DNA of 27,540 nucleotides, taken from IMG/VR virus record IMGVR_UViG_2529292834_000005, positions 1 to 27,540 of that record; one strand, 5' to 3'. Both the position numbers and the translations under genes were made by a program. Shown here piece by piece: positions 17,539 through 27,540 of the stretch (positions are counted from its first letter, which is position 1; every line of letters starts with the position of its first letter). Source of the DNA: a virus. Its lineage: Duplodnaviria > Heunggongvirae > Uroviricota > Caudoviricetes. The notes under the pieces were generated by a model, which saw only the letters and a list, made by a program, of their open reading frames with translations, made no database searches and was not told the DNA's origin.

Positions 17539-19989
17539 TTAGTACCACTGACGCCATTTGTCATCTTCCTGCAGCCGCTGGTTACGGTAAAAAATACGTA
17601 AACCGGCCCCGGATGGAATGCTGCCACCACGCAGAAGCAAATCAATCTCCGATGCACTACCTTCAAACCCTCTGGCAGTCAATTCCGCTTCAAGCTGCAG
17701 ACGCTGCTGCTCCGAAATACTCTGTTTGTAGGCTTTTTTCCGCTTCGGTTTTACCAGTCTCAACCTGGCTGTCAGCTCCCGGCGTTCCTTCTGGCCCATA
17801 TTGTATAGGTAATCCTGCAGTTCCTGCTCATTCATGGTTTTAATATCGGGCAGATCTCCCCCTGTATGGTTCAATTTTTCAACAGGGGGACAGTTATTGC
17901 CACGAGTCCAAGGGGCGCAAGCGCCCTGGTCGGCTGCCGCCTCCTGAATATCAACGGCCTTACGAACCTTTTTCCACTTCATCGCATGCGTGCAAATCTT
18001 GCCCTCTGCAATCGGGGACCAGATGCCATAGATACGGATACCGTGATCGCCGTAGGCGCTCGGTTCGTCGTTAAGCTCATAAGCAGTGCGGACAAGGTGA
18101 TGTTTGCGGGGAACCAGTACACCGCCCTGCTTCATGATGTAGGTGGCAAAGCAACCCGCATCTGCAGCCGCCAGTACCGCATCCAGACGTGGATTATCCA
18201 GTACAGGCGCACCCGCTTTGCGTTCGCCCTGTACTCTCGCCGCCTGACCAGCCAGCAAGCGCAGCTCGCGGTATGCCTGGCGCCCCGGAATACCAAAGAA
18301 ACGAAATTGCTGGACACGGTGCAGTGACGCCCAGGTGCTGACATGCTCGGCGCTGTCACGCAGTGATCTGCCGGTTTCTTTACTGATTTCTTTAGCCAGC
18401 CCGCGCCCGTCGATGTTCTTACTGATGTATTTGGCGATGTAGCTGGTCGGCGTGCCCTTGCGCGGGTTGATTAGCTCAGACTTGAAGCGCGGCCCGGTAT
18501 TGGTACCCAGCTCCTCGCGGTCTTCACGGATGGCAAACTTACGCAGCAGTGCGGTGATGGAACGGCGGTCTTTTTTGCGCATGAAGCACAGAAGATGCCA
18601 GTGCACGGTGCCGTCATGGTGCGGCTCTGCAACGCGAACGCCATACCAGCGCAGCCCGGCCTTGTGCATGGCCTTGCGGAAAGCGGCGAACGTATCAACC
18701 AGGTAGTCACTGCTCTGCCGGACAGTGGCACTGGTCCACTTCGGATTAGGTCTGCCGTTGTTGAGGGTTGCGTGGAAGCGTGACGGGCAGGTGATGGTAT
18801 AAAACACCGCGCAGTCTCCGCGCATTTCCGCGATCAGTTCCAGCCCTTTAACACAGGCCATCATTTCATTACGGCGGTGCGCCGGGTTGCTGTTGCTGGC
18901 GTTCACCACATCTTCCATGTCCAGCGTGTCACCGTCTTCGTTGACCAGCTCATGCGAGCGGAAGAACTCCAGCGATTTGCGGCGCTGCTCGCGTTTGTGG
19001 ATCACAGCTTCATAGCTGACATACGGGGACGCTTTCTTGTTGACCAGGCAGACGGCGCGCAGTTGCTCCTCCCGCCACTCACAGCGCATCTGCCACAATT
19101 TGCGATACCACCAGTCCGCACACAGCATGCGCGCCAGCGATGGTGGGATCAGTTCATAAGGCACTAGCTTGCGGCGACGCTTTTTGCGGCGCAACTTCTC
19201 AAAGGCAGGCGGGATGACCTCAAGGCGCATGGCTTCTGCAGCAACCCTTTCCCATGACTGGCGGATTTCTTCTGGTTTAACATCGTCACTGACAAACAGA
19301 TCACCGCAGGCCGCATCAAGACACATGCTCATATGTGCCGCAACCAGCGTGGACAGACGTTTGACCTGCTCCTGATTCATTTCAGGCAGTACCAGCAGCC
19401 CCTCCAGGCCGTCCTGGCTCGCCATGAACCGGAAAGACGCAGACACCTGGCTGTCACGCACGCGTTCCAGCCGCTCAAGACACGGTCTGATTGTTTCGCG
19501 CAGATAGCGGGAATAAGCTTTAGCCCTGCCCAGGCTATGGAAGTATTTAATTCGCTCCAGCAGAGGCTTGCTGATATGGGCAGGCATGGCGCTTACATCG
19601 GCAATAATCACCAAATCGGGATTAACGCGCTGCTGTTCGCGGGCCATTTTGGCATGGCTAATCAGCCGATCCTGCTCCATTTCACGCTGGACAGGATCGC
19701 GGGATTCATTGAAGAAATAACGTTCCCAAACCTTATCACTCAGCGCCTCACGGCGCAGATGCTCCCGCTCGTTATCCGCAGCGTACAGAGTGATGAGGTT
19801 TGAAAGCGCAGACTCCGGCGCAACTTCCGCCGGGTCCAGATACGGGTTAACCGCTTGTTTGGGCAAATTCCACGAATAAGGCCCGGCAACATTCTCAACG
19901 CTACCGGGATTTTCAGTTACAAACGTGGCTGCAAGACGGCCTGTACTGATTTCCGTCACTCGCAGACTCCCGCATAAACACTGCTGCAC
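17539..19989 (-). CDS. A: Replication initiation endonuclease (P2 gpA-like rolling-circle initiator)
   Basis: 816-aa ORF; contains [14 protein letters not shown] (active-site tyrosine motif type); true start may be internal, since the ORF overlaps the upstream gene by 34 bp. Confidence 0.85.
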   Translation of the reverse strand: MQQCLCGSLRVTEISTGRLAATFVTENPGSVENVAGPYSWNLPKQAVNPYLDPAEVAPESALSNLITLYAADNEREHLRREALSDKVWERYFFNESRDPVQREMEQDRLISHAKMAREQQRVNPDLVIIADVSAMPAHISKPLLERIKYFHSLGRAKAYSRYLRETIRPCLERLERVRDSQVSASFRFMASQDGLEGLLVLPEMNQEQVKRLSTLVAAHMSMCLDAACGDLFVSDDVKPEEIRQSWERVAAEAMRLEVIPPAFEKLRRKKRRRKLVPYELIPPSLARMLCADWWYRKLWQMRCEWREEQLRAVCLVNKKASPYVSYEAVIHKREQRRKSLEFFRSHELVNEDGDTLDMEDVVNASNSNPAHRRNEMMACVKGLELIAEMRGDCAVFYTITCPSRFHATLNNGRPNPKWTSATVRQSSDYLVDTFAAFRKAMHKAGLRWYGVRVAEPHHDGTVHWHLLCFMRKKDRRSITALLRKFAIREDREELGTNTGPRFKSELINPRKGTPTSYIAKYISKNIDGRGLAKEISKETGRSLRDSAEHVSTWASLHRVQQFRFFGIPGRQAYRELRLLAGQAARVQGERKAGAPVLDNPRLDAVLAAADAGCFATYIMKQGGVLVPRKHHLVRTAYELNDEPSAYGDHGIRIYGIWSPIAEGKICTHAMKWKKVRKAVDIQEAAADQGACAPWTRGNNCPPVEKLNHTGGDLPDIKTMNEQELQDYLYNMGQKERRELTARLRLVKPKRKKAYKQSISEQQRLQLEAELTARGFEGSASEIDLLLRGGSIPSGAGLRIFYRNQRLQEDDKWRQWY

Positions 19990-20966
19990 ACCGCCTTATC
20001 ATTCATGCCTGCAAGCAGGTCGAACTGCACACCGCCACGAGTGGTTAAGGCCCAGTCGCGATAAGACTCAATGCCATAAGCATCAACGGTAATGACTTCA
20101 ATACGTTTTTCAGCACGGCGCGGGTCATGCGTGGACGGGAAGAATGTTGAATTGCCACGCCGTGAACATTCCGCAACCATCCTCTCCCATTCAGCCACAC
20201 GGCGGATTTCGTCAGGCCAGCGCTGGAAAATTTCTGCAAGCTCGGACTTGCGGGCGTGAATACATGGCATACACCCGACACGGCTGCAGCCCTGCAGATA
20301 AAGTGGGTTAGGCTTAATGCCATGGCGTCTGGCAAGGGCGAACACATCTTCATGCAGCCAGTTGAGGATCGGACGATAAACATGAAGGCCCGGTGTATCG
20401 TCAGCGTCTTCCTCCCACTCAGGCAGCAAAGCACGCTCCGGTGATTCCTGCCCACGGACGCCCTGCCAACTGATTACCTCGTCGTACTCTTCCAGAGCCG
20501 GGACAATCACCTGCGTCCGCACTGGCTCATGTTTCAGCTCAAACGTGCAGAAACGGACCTTGGTTGAAGGGAAGCGACCTTTCCACATGCACAAATCAAG
20601 AAATGGGTTGCCAGTTGGTTTAAGGATTTCCAGTGCCCGATGAATGCGTTCTGCTGCTTCATCCGGCGACATACCGCATTCCTGAACCAGAGAAACGGGC
20701 CACTTCTCAGCAATGAATTTACGTTTCCCTTCTATCCGGCGCGTGAAATCGGCTTTAACGCGGATAATCTTCCCCAGCTTTGACTCCAGATAATCCAGAT
20801 ATTCCATCGTCTGGGGGTGTTCATGGCCCGTATCAGCAAAGACAGAAATATGCGGAACATCGTTTTCAATAGCTCTTAGCCATTGTGCAAGACTATCTTT
20901 GCCACCTGAAATACTGATGGTGTTGATAGTGCTGGCAGCGAAGCAGCGCGGATCGATGGCATTCAT
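19956..20966 (-). CDS. PAPS-reductase-like PP-loop protein
   Basis: 336 aa with PP-loop motif ISGGKDS near the N-terminus and cysteine cluster [10 protein letters not shown]; 4-bp overlap with dam. Confidence 0.8.
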   Translation of the reverse strand: MNAIDPRCFAASTINTISISGGKDSLAQWLRAIENDVPHISVFADTGHEHPQTMEYLDYLESKLGKIIRVKADFTRRIEGKRKFIAEKWPVSLVQECGMSPDEAAERIHRALEILKPTGNPFLDLCMWKGRFPSTKVRFCTFELKHEPVRTQVIVPALEEYDEVISWQGVRGQESPERALLPEWEEDADDTPGLHVYRPILNWLHEDVFALARRHGIKPNPLYLQGCSRVGCMPCIHARKSELAEIFQRWPDEIRRVAEWERMVAECSRRGNSTFFPSTHDPRRAEKRIEVITVDAYGIESYRDWALTTRGGVQFDLLAGMNDKAVCSSVYAGVCE

Positions 20967-21811
20967 ACGCGTACCTCAACGGTACGGTCTGGACCTCTGG
21001 CATAATCAACACCAACCCAGCCAACTGATTTTGTGGCGATAATTTCTGCTGCAGATTTACTTTCACCGGCTGCTACGCCCATGCTGCGTTTTGCAGTGAT
21101 ACGATGGCGGGTAAAGCTACGATAAAGCGAACGGGTCAGGGATGTGTCGCTGTTGGACACGATAACTGGATGACCTTCTAATGACCGGCGCTCAAGAATA
21201 GACGCCAGATGATACTGATCGTCATCTGTAAAACCGGCAGTGTGATAACCACTAAATGTGCCATCGTATGGTGGATCACAATAAACAACATCCCCCCCCC
21301 TCAGCAGTGCTAGTGTTTCGTCATAGCTGGCACAGATAAACGTTGCGCGTTGAGTCTTTTCAGCAAAAGCGCGTATTTCATTTTCAGGAAAATACGGATT
21401 TTTATAATTACCATAAGGAACATTAAAATGACCGCTCAAGTTGTAGCGGCACAGCCCACGATAACCATGGCGATTGAGATATAGGAAATATACTGCTTTC
21501 ATGAAATCAGTAATTTCAGAGGAATGATTAAACTCATGCCTAATGTTGTAATAAGCAACTTCTCTATTCGCTATCGCAAAAATACTTTTCGTGCGTGATA
21601 TGAAAGCCTCACAATCAAGGGCGATTTTTTTATAGAGATTGATAAGATCTGGATTAATATCCGCGACAAGATAATGAGGATAGTCTGTCGCCATCATCAC
21701 AGCACAGGAACCCGCGAAAGGTTCAACCAGCCGCGAGCCAGCAGGAAGGTGCTTAATCAATTCCGGCATGATAGCGGTTTTATTTCCCGCCCATTTCAGG
21801 ATAGTGGTCAT
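20963..21811 (-). CDS. dam: DNA adenine methyltransferase (Dam family)
   Basis: 282 aa; motif I region EPFAGSCAV and motif IV DPPY ([10 protein letters not shown]); contains a G9 homopolymer on the coding strand. Confidence 0.9.
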   Translation of the reverse strand: MTTILKWAGNKTAIMPELIKHLPAGSRLVEPFAGSCAVMMATDYPHYLVADINPDLINLYKKIALDCEAFISRTKSIFAIANREVAYYNIRHEFNHSSEITDFMKAVYFLYLNRHGYRGLCRYNLSGHFNVPYGNYKNPYFPENEIRAFAEKTQRATFICASYDETLALLRGGDVVYCDPPYDGTFSGYHTAGFTDDDQYHLASILERRSLEGHPVIVSNSDTSLTRSLYRSFTRHRITAKRSMGVAAGESKSAAEIIATKSVGWVGVDYARGPDRTVEVRV

Positions 21812-22104
21812 ATAGCTCCCCCTGAAATGACATAGGAGAGAGCCTCAAGCGGCGTTAATGAGCGAATAGAAAGAATTACCCATTGCCCTTCCACTGCCAC
21901 AACTTCATTAATCGGCAAAGTGTGGGTAATAACAGCGGCCCATTCCCGACCAGTATATGAACCGTGTTTCCATTCGCAGAGAGAAAGGACATCACCTACT
22001 TTGTAGCCGCGATCATCTTTGCGAAGCTCTGCCTTTTTGCTGCCAGCGACTACGGCATTAAAATACTTAGGTGCAATTTTTATCTGATGGATGCGCATAG
22101 TCAT
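21808..22104 (-). CDS. ASCH-like (DUF3850-type) small protein
   Basis: 98 aa; [34 protein letters not shown] resembles the DUF3850/ASCH pattern as recalled; overlaps dam start by 4 bp. Confidence 0.6.
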   Translation of the reverse strand: MTMRIHQIKIAPKYFNAVVAGSKKAELRKDDRGYKVGDVLSLCEWKHGSYTGREWAAVITHTLPINEVVAVEGQWVILSIRSLTPLEALSYVISGGAI

Positions 22105-22328
22105 ACTGCACCTCCGTTATAGTGTTTGCCTTTCAGCTCTGCGATTTCCTGACAAGTGACACAGCACTGCACACCCGGAATAGCACGGCGGCGTGCTGGC
22201 GGGATCGGTGCATCACAATCAATGCAAAGCACACGGGAAACGCCCGGCGTTCTATTGCGGGCGGTGTGGATGTGGCGCTGACGTTCTTCTTCAACGCGCT
22301 GCTGTACAAGGTCCATTGAATCAGCCAT
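22101..22328 (-). CDS. TraR/DksA-family C4 zinc-finger protein
   Basis: 75 aa; [26 protein letters not shown] gives a C-x2-C...C-x2-CQ pattern typical of this family. Confidence 0.7.
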   Translation of the reverse strand: MADSMDLVQQRVEEERQRHIHTARNRTPGVSRVLCIDCDAPIPPARRRAIPGVQCCVTCQEIAELKGKHYNGGAV

Positions 22329-22561
22329 CAGTGGATCTCCTGCGCTTCGTTCTGAATGTTTTCAGCCGCAATACGCAGCAGCTCTGCCGCTTCAACGTGA
22401 TTAAGCTGGCGTGACGAGATATGGCAAGCCAGGCTATCAAGACGGGCTGCCATTGCCGCAGCACGTGCACGGCGTTCTTCCATGCGCGCATCAGTCAGCA
22501 TCTGGTTAAGGCCAGCATCATCTGGTCCTGTTTTGGTGATTCGGGTTTCAATATTTCGCAT
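22328..22561 (-). CDS. Hypothetical early-operon protein
   Basis: 77-aa ORF, chained by 1-nt stop/start overlap to the next gene; no motif recognised. Confidence 0.5.
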   Translation of the reverse strand: MRNIETRITKTGPDDAGLNQMLTDARMEERRARAAAMAARLDSLACHISSRQLNHVEAAELLRIAAENIQNEAQEIH

Positions 22562-22628
22562 TGTTGTTTCTCCTGAATTTGGGCAATAAGAAGCCCGGCG
22601 GGGTTACGCCTTTAATTTCGGTTGTGGG

Positions 22629-22970
22629 TTAATTCGGCATGGCTAGCCGATTTGGAAATAAACTCACCACTGTACGGAAATGGTTCATTGCTTTAATCAG
22701 CTCCCGCTTTTCGTCAGTCGTCAGCTCACTAACATTGACGCTATGACGTTCCGCCGGAATCTTTGCCATAAAGAATATTGCGGCTAGTGCGCGTTTATTC
22801 TGCTCATGGTTAATATCCCGTTGGTCCCGCATATCGCTAATAAAGCGCTCCAGTTCTGAATCAATATTTAAGCCAAACACTTTCGCCCTTAATTCCGCGA
22901 TGTGGTTTAACCCATTAAGGCGGAGGCCAGCGCTTAGCGGAACAGTCGCAGCATCGCCTTCAATAGCCAT
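22629..22970 (-). CDS. Hypothetical early-operon protein
   Basis: 113-aa ORF in the early operon; start uncertain, since it overlaps the preceding small ORF by 37 bp. Confidence 0.5.
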   Translation of the reverse strand: MAIEGDAATVPLSAGLRLNGLNHIAELRAKVFGLNIDSELERFISDMRDQRDINHEQNKRALAAIFFMAKIPAERHSVNVSELTTDEKRELIKAMNHFRTVVSLFPNRLAMPN

Positions 22971-23134
22971 GGTTTCCCCTGCTTTTTAGTGGACAGCTCA
23001 GCCAGCAACGCATCCTGAGAGCGGCACGGATGCCAGCGCTTGCCATCCTTCCCCATAATCCAGCCATGACCGCAGTGCATTGCAGGGCTTTGCTTAACAA
23101 GCAGTGATGCAAAAGATGGTTCTTTAGTCAGCAT
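22934..23134 (-). CDS. Small Cys/His-containing protein (186 fil position)
   Basis: 66 aa from ATG 23134 with GAGG just upstream; HCGHGW...HPC; immediately follows cII. Confidence 0.4.
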   Translation of the reverse strand: MLTKEPSFASLLVKQSPAMHCGHGWIMGKDGKRWHPCRSQDALLAELSTKKQGKPWLLKAMLRLFR

Positions 23135-23141
23135 AACCACC

Positions 23142-23651
23142 TCAGATCAGACCGAACGAAGCGCCGAGGCCCGTCACGGTATCTACTGCGCTTGCCATCG
23201 CCGGATTCGCCTGCAAACGCGCATGTAATGAAACTGCGGTGAGTGCCATCAGGCGCGTGACAGAGTTGATGCTGTTGATAACATCGCGGCGGCCCGCACT
23301 GGTTTTTACATCACCGGATACTGCGCCTGCAGCTACTCGCCCAATTTCCGCAGTTGCACTCATGACGTAATGCGGCAGGTTCTCTTTTGCCACTTCATTC
23401 AATGGCACACACGGCAGGCAATGGATTTGAGCCAGAAAACCGTCAACCAGCGTTGAGTCTTCTGTGATATCAGTCAGCAGCCAGATCTCCGGCGGCGTAA
23501 GTTGATGCGGTTGCTCCGGGGTCAGCTTATTGCGCAGCGTCTGGACATTCATTCCTGCGCGTTCTGCCAGCTTCGCCATGTTGTGACGCAGCGCGAAAGC
23601 CCGGCAGGCTTCGTCAAAGTGTGGATGTTTGGAAATCTTATAATCAAACAT
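23142..23651 (-). CDS. cII: CII-like lysogeny establishment regulator (phage 186 CII type)
   Basis: 169 aa; MFDYKISKHPHFDEACRAFALRHNMAKLAERAGMNVQTLRNKL closely resembles 186 CII as I recall it. Confidence 0.8.
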   Translation of the reverse strand: MFDYKISKHPHFDEACRAFALRHNMAKLAERAGMNVQTLRNKLTPEQPHQLTPPEIWLLTDITEDSTLVDGFLAQIHCLPCVPLNEVAKENLPHYVMSATAEIGRVAAGAVSGDVKTSAGRRDVINSINSVTRLMALTAVSLHARLQANPAMASAVDTVTGLGASFGLI

Positions 23652-23683
23652 GCGCCCCTCTCAAAAAGTTCTCATAATTGAAC

Positions 23684-23926
23684 TTACTGACCAACAATGA
23701 CGCGAAAGTTGGAATGACCGAGGGATTCACGAACCTGGTCGGTTTTGTACATCAGGTAACGCAGGCTTACGCGACCTTTGTTTTTTTCTTTTTTGACCAT
23801 GTACTTAGCAAGATGACCATGGTGAATTTTCTGGTAAACAGAGCCACGGGAGATACCTTCCCATTCAGCGAACTCTGCAGGCGTAGCCATCTCTTTTGGT
23901 ACACGAATTGAAATATCAGTGCTCAT
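23684..23926 (-). CDS. apl: Apl/Cox-like excisionase and lytic-switch regulator
   Basis: 80 aa, first gene of the minus-strand early operon, divergent from cI; HTH-like segment ATPAEFAEWEGISRGSVYQKI. Confidence 0.7.
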   Translation of the reverse strand: MSTDISIRVPKEMATPAEFAEWEGISRGSVYQKIHHGHLAKYMVKKEKNKGRVSLRYLMYKTDQVRESLGHSNFRVIVGQ

Positions 23927-24042
23927 AGTGCAGTATCTCTTAGTTTTGTTTCGATTTATCTCGTTTTATAGGGTTGGGGTTTGTTTTTCAAACCTTGAAT
24001 GAATACTAAGATCACATTTTATATACGTCAAGAGTTTTGCTT
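23927..24042. promoter_or_regulatory. Lysis/lysogeny switch region (pR/pL-type promoters and operators)
   Basis: 116-bp AT-rich region between divergent apl and cI; individual operators and promoters not resolved by eye. Confidence 0.5.
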
Positions 24043-24675
24043 ATGAGATCCATCAAGGTAGGTAATGACAGCGGAGGGCGTGAAGCTATCAATAGGCTGA
24101 TTAAGGCTTATAACTTCAACTCTCGACAGCAGTTGTGTGACCATCTTTCCGTTTCAAAAAGCACTATGGCAAACAGATACTTAAGAGACAGTTTCCCAGC
24201 TGAATGGGTTATACAGTGCGCCCTTGAAACTGGGGTTTCACTGCTTTGGTTAACGACTGGGCAAGGGGATAAAAATGATAATAACGCGCAGGAAAATAGT
24301 TTTGGTTTTGTGAACCAGACCTACATCAAACCGTTATCCGAGGTTGTAGCGCCTGAAATTGATAAGGCCACATTAGATGGTGGCGCTTTAGTGGACCAAG
24401 GCAAAGTGATATTGGATAACAGTCTAATCCCCCACAACATGACAAACCCGTGGCTCATCCATACAGATGATGGCTCTTACCTCATTGACCGTAGCGGTAC
24501 TCCACCAGTAAATGGCGTATGGCTCGTTGATATTGATGGAATAAAAACGATAGCTAAACTTGCGCGCATCCCCGGCAATCGCTTAATTGTCCAGCAGGGT
24601 GAGTCATCTTTTGAGTGCAGCCTTGATGATATCGAGGTAGTAGGCCGTGCTATAAAAGTAATTAAGAGTCTGTGA
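24043..24675 (+). CDS. cI: CI immunity repressor (phage 186 CI type)
   Basis: Start at ATG 24043 (MRSIKVG...); ...CALETGVSLLWLTTGQG and C-terminal GVWLVDIDG...LARIPGNRL resemble 186 CI as recalled; no obvious RecA-autocleavage motif noted. Confidence 0.8.
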   Translation: MRSIKVGNDSGGREAINRLIKAYNFNSRQQLCDHLSVSKSTMANRYLRDSFPAEWVIQCALETGVSLLWLTTGQGDKNDNNAQENSFGFVNQTYIKPLSEVVAPEIDKATLDGGALVDQGKVILDNSLIPHNMTNPWLIHTDDGSYLIDRSGTPPVNGVWLVDIDGIKTIAKLARIPGNRLIVQQGESSFECSLDDIEVVGRAIKVIKSL

Positions 24676-24676
24676 T

Positions 24677-25696
24677 ATGACGATCAGAAAACAGCCGAAC
24701 GGAAAATGGTTGTGTGAGTGCTACCCGAACGGGCGCGACGGCAAACGCGTGCGCAAGCAATTTGCGACGAAAGGCGAGGCCATAGCATTCGAAAACTTCA
24801 CCATGGATGAAGTAAACAAAAAGCCATGGCTTGGTGAGAAGGAAGATCGGCGGCGCTTATCAGAAGTGATTGAGCAGTGGCATTCACTCTACGGACAGAC
24901 ACTTGCTGATCCCAAACGCCTGATGGCGAAACTTAACATTATTTGTAATGGCCTTGGAGACCCCATCGCCTCAGAGTTAACTGCTGGCGATTTTACAAAA
25001 TACCGGGAAGCTCGGCTAAAAGGTGAAGTAAAAAATGAAAATGGCGCTCTTATGTCGCCAGTTAAGCCCCGTACTGTAAACCTTGAACAACGCAACCTAT
25101 CATCAGTTTTTGGCACACTGAAGAAGCTAGGCCACTGGTCAGCACCAAACCCACTCGCCGGGCTACCAACATTCAAGATCGCAGAGGGTGAGTTGGCGTT
25201 CCTAGCACCGGAAGAAATTAAGCGCCTGCTGGATGCCTGCGCTGATTCCCAAAGCCCCAGCCTGCTGATGATTGCAAAAATATGCCTTGCCACCGGCGCG
25301 CGATGGAGTGAAGCCGAAAACCTGCAGGGCCACCAGTTATCAAAGTACCGGATCACCTATACCAAGACCAAAGGCAAAAAAAACCGCACAGTACCGATAT
25401 CCCAGAATCTGTATGACGAACTCCCTAAGAACAGAGGCAAGTTATTCACACCTTGTAGAAAATCCTTTGAACGAGCAGTAAAACGGGCTGGTATCGAGCT
25501 GCCTGATGGACAATGCACCCACGTGCTTCGTCATACGTTCGCCAGTTATTTTATGATGAATGGCGGAAACATACTTGTATTAAGAGATATTCTGGGCCAT
25601 GCCGATATAAAAATGACGATGATTTACGCTCACTTTGCCCCTAATCATCTTGAAGATGCGGTGACAAAAAACCCACTTACTATGTTGGAAATATAA
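24677..25696 (+). CDS. int: Tyrosine integrase (P2/186 type)
   Basis: 339 aa; C-terminal catalytic region HVLRHTFAS...LGHADIKMTMIYAHF (R...HxxR...Y pattern); follows cI in the same operon. Confidence 0.9.
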   Translation: MTIRKQPNGKWLCECYPNGRDGKRVRKQFATKGEAIAFENFTMDEVNKKPWLGEKEDRRRLSEVIEQWHSLYGQTLADPKRLMAKLNIICNGLGDPIASELTAGDFTKYREARLKGEVKNENGALMSPVKPRTVNLEQRNLSSVFGTLKKLGHWSAPNPLAGLPTFKIAEGELAFLAPEEIKRLLDACADSQSPSLLMIAKICLATGARWSEAENLQGHQLSKYRITYTKTKGKKNRTVPISQNLYDELPKNRGKLFTPCRKSFERAVKRAGIELPDGQCTHVLRHTFASYFMMNGGNILVLRDILGHADIKMTMIYAHFAPNHLEDAVTKNPLTMLEI

Positions 25697-25698
25697 AA

Positions 25699-26730
25699 AT
25701 GGAAAAAAGCATTTTTACTCTTATTTATTTTTCCCTTTTATTTTTGTGTCTATTTTCTTTTATTAAGTATCGACTTTACGAACTTAATCATAGAAGCTTA
25801 TTTCAACAACCACTATTCTGGGCTGCAATAGCGATACCCTTATTCACATGTCTTTATTTAGGCTCATTTGTCTGGATAAACAAATTAAACTCATTTAGCC
25901 TTACAAGCCACGGCTATCAGCGATTTCTCGACATATCAAAATTACCACTGCTAATTCTTGCATCTGCAGTACCTTTAGTCTCAATCGTTAATAACCTACA
26001 CCGGACCAAACAAACTGAAAAACAAATCTCAGAAGCAGAGAGAAAAAACAGAGTAGACTTATATTACAATCATATGAAGTTCCATCTTGATTTATATAAA
26101 AAGATTGAGTCAAAGAAAATCAGCAGTTACTATCCCATTGAAGAAACTCATAAAGAAGCTGTATATCAACATTTCATCAAACACCCGCAAGAACTTTACA
26201 GAAAAGCCTATCCCTTATCTTCACCAGATGACTCTCAATACTTAAACATCAGTGATAGTTTTATCATAGAACTGCATAAATGTTGGGTTGAAATCAATGG
26301 CAGACTGAAGCAACTATCAGAGAGCGATGTACAGCTAAATCCTGACCAAGAACTTTGTGCTTCAAAGATGAGAATTTTCTTTGGAATAATGAATATTTAT
26401 GAAAAGACTTGCAAGCATCTTTGTTTAGGGGGGTATCACACCCAAAAATCATTCATTTTGAATGATAAATTTGATAAGTATCAAATCTATTCGCCATTTT
26501 ATGACTTTGGAACTATGTACCAGTCTCTGCAGGCTCTGGAGGAAATTACATACGCCTTCCTAGATACATGTAGAAACGAAGAGGTAAATTTATATTTCCC
26601 GTTAGAAGACAAAATCCTCATCTATGGCGAAGGAATTCTTCAAGATTGGTTCAGGTATTCTCAGTTCTTGATTTCTACAGCTTATCAACCCTCCAGGATT
26701 GCGCGTCTACCAATGCCAGTACAAGTATAA
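25699..26730 (+). CDS. AT-rich membrane-anchored cargo protein, 343 aa (3 N-terminal TM helices plus about 245-aa soluble domain)
   Basis: Starts 2 bp after the int stop; hydrophobic segments at about 5-22, 39-59 and 80-97; markedly AT-rich; lies between int and the att core. Confidence 0.75.
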   Translation: MEKSIFTLIYFSLLFLCLFSFIKYRLYELNHRSLFQQPLFWAAIAIPLFTCLYLGSFVWINKLNSFSLTSHGYQRFLDISKLPLLILASAVPLVSIVNNLHRTKQTEKQISEAERKNRVDLYYNHMKFHLDLYKKIESKKISSYYPIEETHKEAVYQHFIKHPQELYRKAYPLSSPDDSQYLNISDSFIIELHKCWVEINGRLKQLSESDVQLNPDQELCASKMRIFFGIMNIYEKTCKHLCLGGYHTQKSFILNDKFDKYQIYSPFYDFGTMYQSLQALEEITYAFLDTCRNEEVNLYFPLEDKILIYGEGILQDWFRYSQFLISTAYQPSRIARLPMPVQV

Positions 26731-26847
26731 TTTATGGCGGCATTATGGCGGCAGAGCACTAAAAAAGCATAAAACGGACAAACACCAAATAACATTAACA
26801 TATTGTTTTTAAACATAACTTACTGTTTTTAATACAGTTAAAATGGT

Positions 26848-26892
26848 ATGTAGGAATTTCGGACGCGGGTTCAACTCCCGCCAGCTCCACCA
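26848..26892 (+). other. ssrA: Prophage att core: 3'-terminal 45 nt of tmRNA gene ssrA (partial copy ending in CCA)
   Basis: Seen: ATGTAGGAATTTCGGACGCGGGTTCAACTCCCGCCAGCTCCACCA, matching the E. coli ssrA 3' end as I recall it; upstream sequence is phage coding DNA, so only the 3' fragment is present. Confidence 0.75.
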
Positions 26893-26908
26893 AATATTGA
26901 TGTACTGA

Positions 26909-27540
<632 letters not shown>

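Larger units (their letters stand above)
1..26892. mobile_element. P2/186-family (Fels-2-like) prophage, left end beyond window, right end at ssrA-derived att core
   Basis: Gene order on minus strand V-W-J-I-H-G, S-R, lysis cassette, X-L-M-N-O, with P-Q on plus strand, matches the P2 late-gene map from memory; 186-like CI/Apl/CII, integrase and att core at right end. Inference from ORF translations, no search run. Confidence 0.9.

Noticed and set aside
25376-25383. A8 homopolymer within the integrase gene
   Set aside because: Encodes a lysine-rich stretch (KTKGKKNRT) in frame; shorter than the G9 in dam, and A/T runs of this length in lysine codons are common, so not flagged as a switch.
26848-26892. 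Possible complete tRNA or tmRNA gene
   Set aside because: Only the 3' 45 nt (T-arm, acceptor stem, CCA) are present; the sequence upstream is AT-rich phage coding DNA, so this is an att-core fragment and not a functional RNA gene.

Overview
This window is most of a P2/186-family (Fels-2-like) temperate myovirus prophage, truncated on the left and ending on the right at a 45-nt copy of the 3' end of the tmRNA gene ssrA (att core). All calls rest on reading the supplied ORF translations and the raw sequence; no database search was run, so homologies are recalled, not computed. On the minus strand, gene order follows the P2 late-gene map: V-W-J-I-H-G (baseplate and tail fiber), S-R (tail completion), lysC/lysB/lysA-K-Y (lysis), then X-L-M-N-O (capsid, small terminase). 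P-Q (large terminase, portal) lie on the plus strand, followed by a terminator and a cos-like site. Beyond cos is an accessory hotspot, an SOS box driving a small-protein/DinI-like pair, replication gene A, a coupled early operon (PAPS-reductase-like, Dam, ASCH-like, TraR-like, CII, Apl) and a divergent CI-integrase operon. Right of the att core sit a truncated P4/CP4-57-type integrase and the end of an IS21-family element. Features the P2 backbone does not explain: a tail-fiber invertible-segment architecture with perfect inverted repeats of at least 462 bp; four AT-rich cargo loci (5542-6336, 15134-15427, 15741-16727, 25699-26730), of which the two-gene cassette at 15741-16727 is the best candidate for an undescribed defence or lysogenic-conversion system; and a G9 homopolymer inside dam. 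No CRISPR array, rRNA or complete tRNA was seen.
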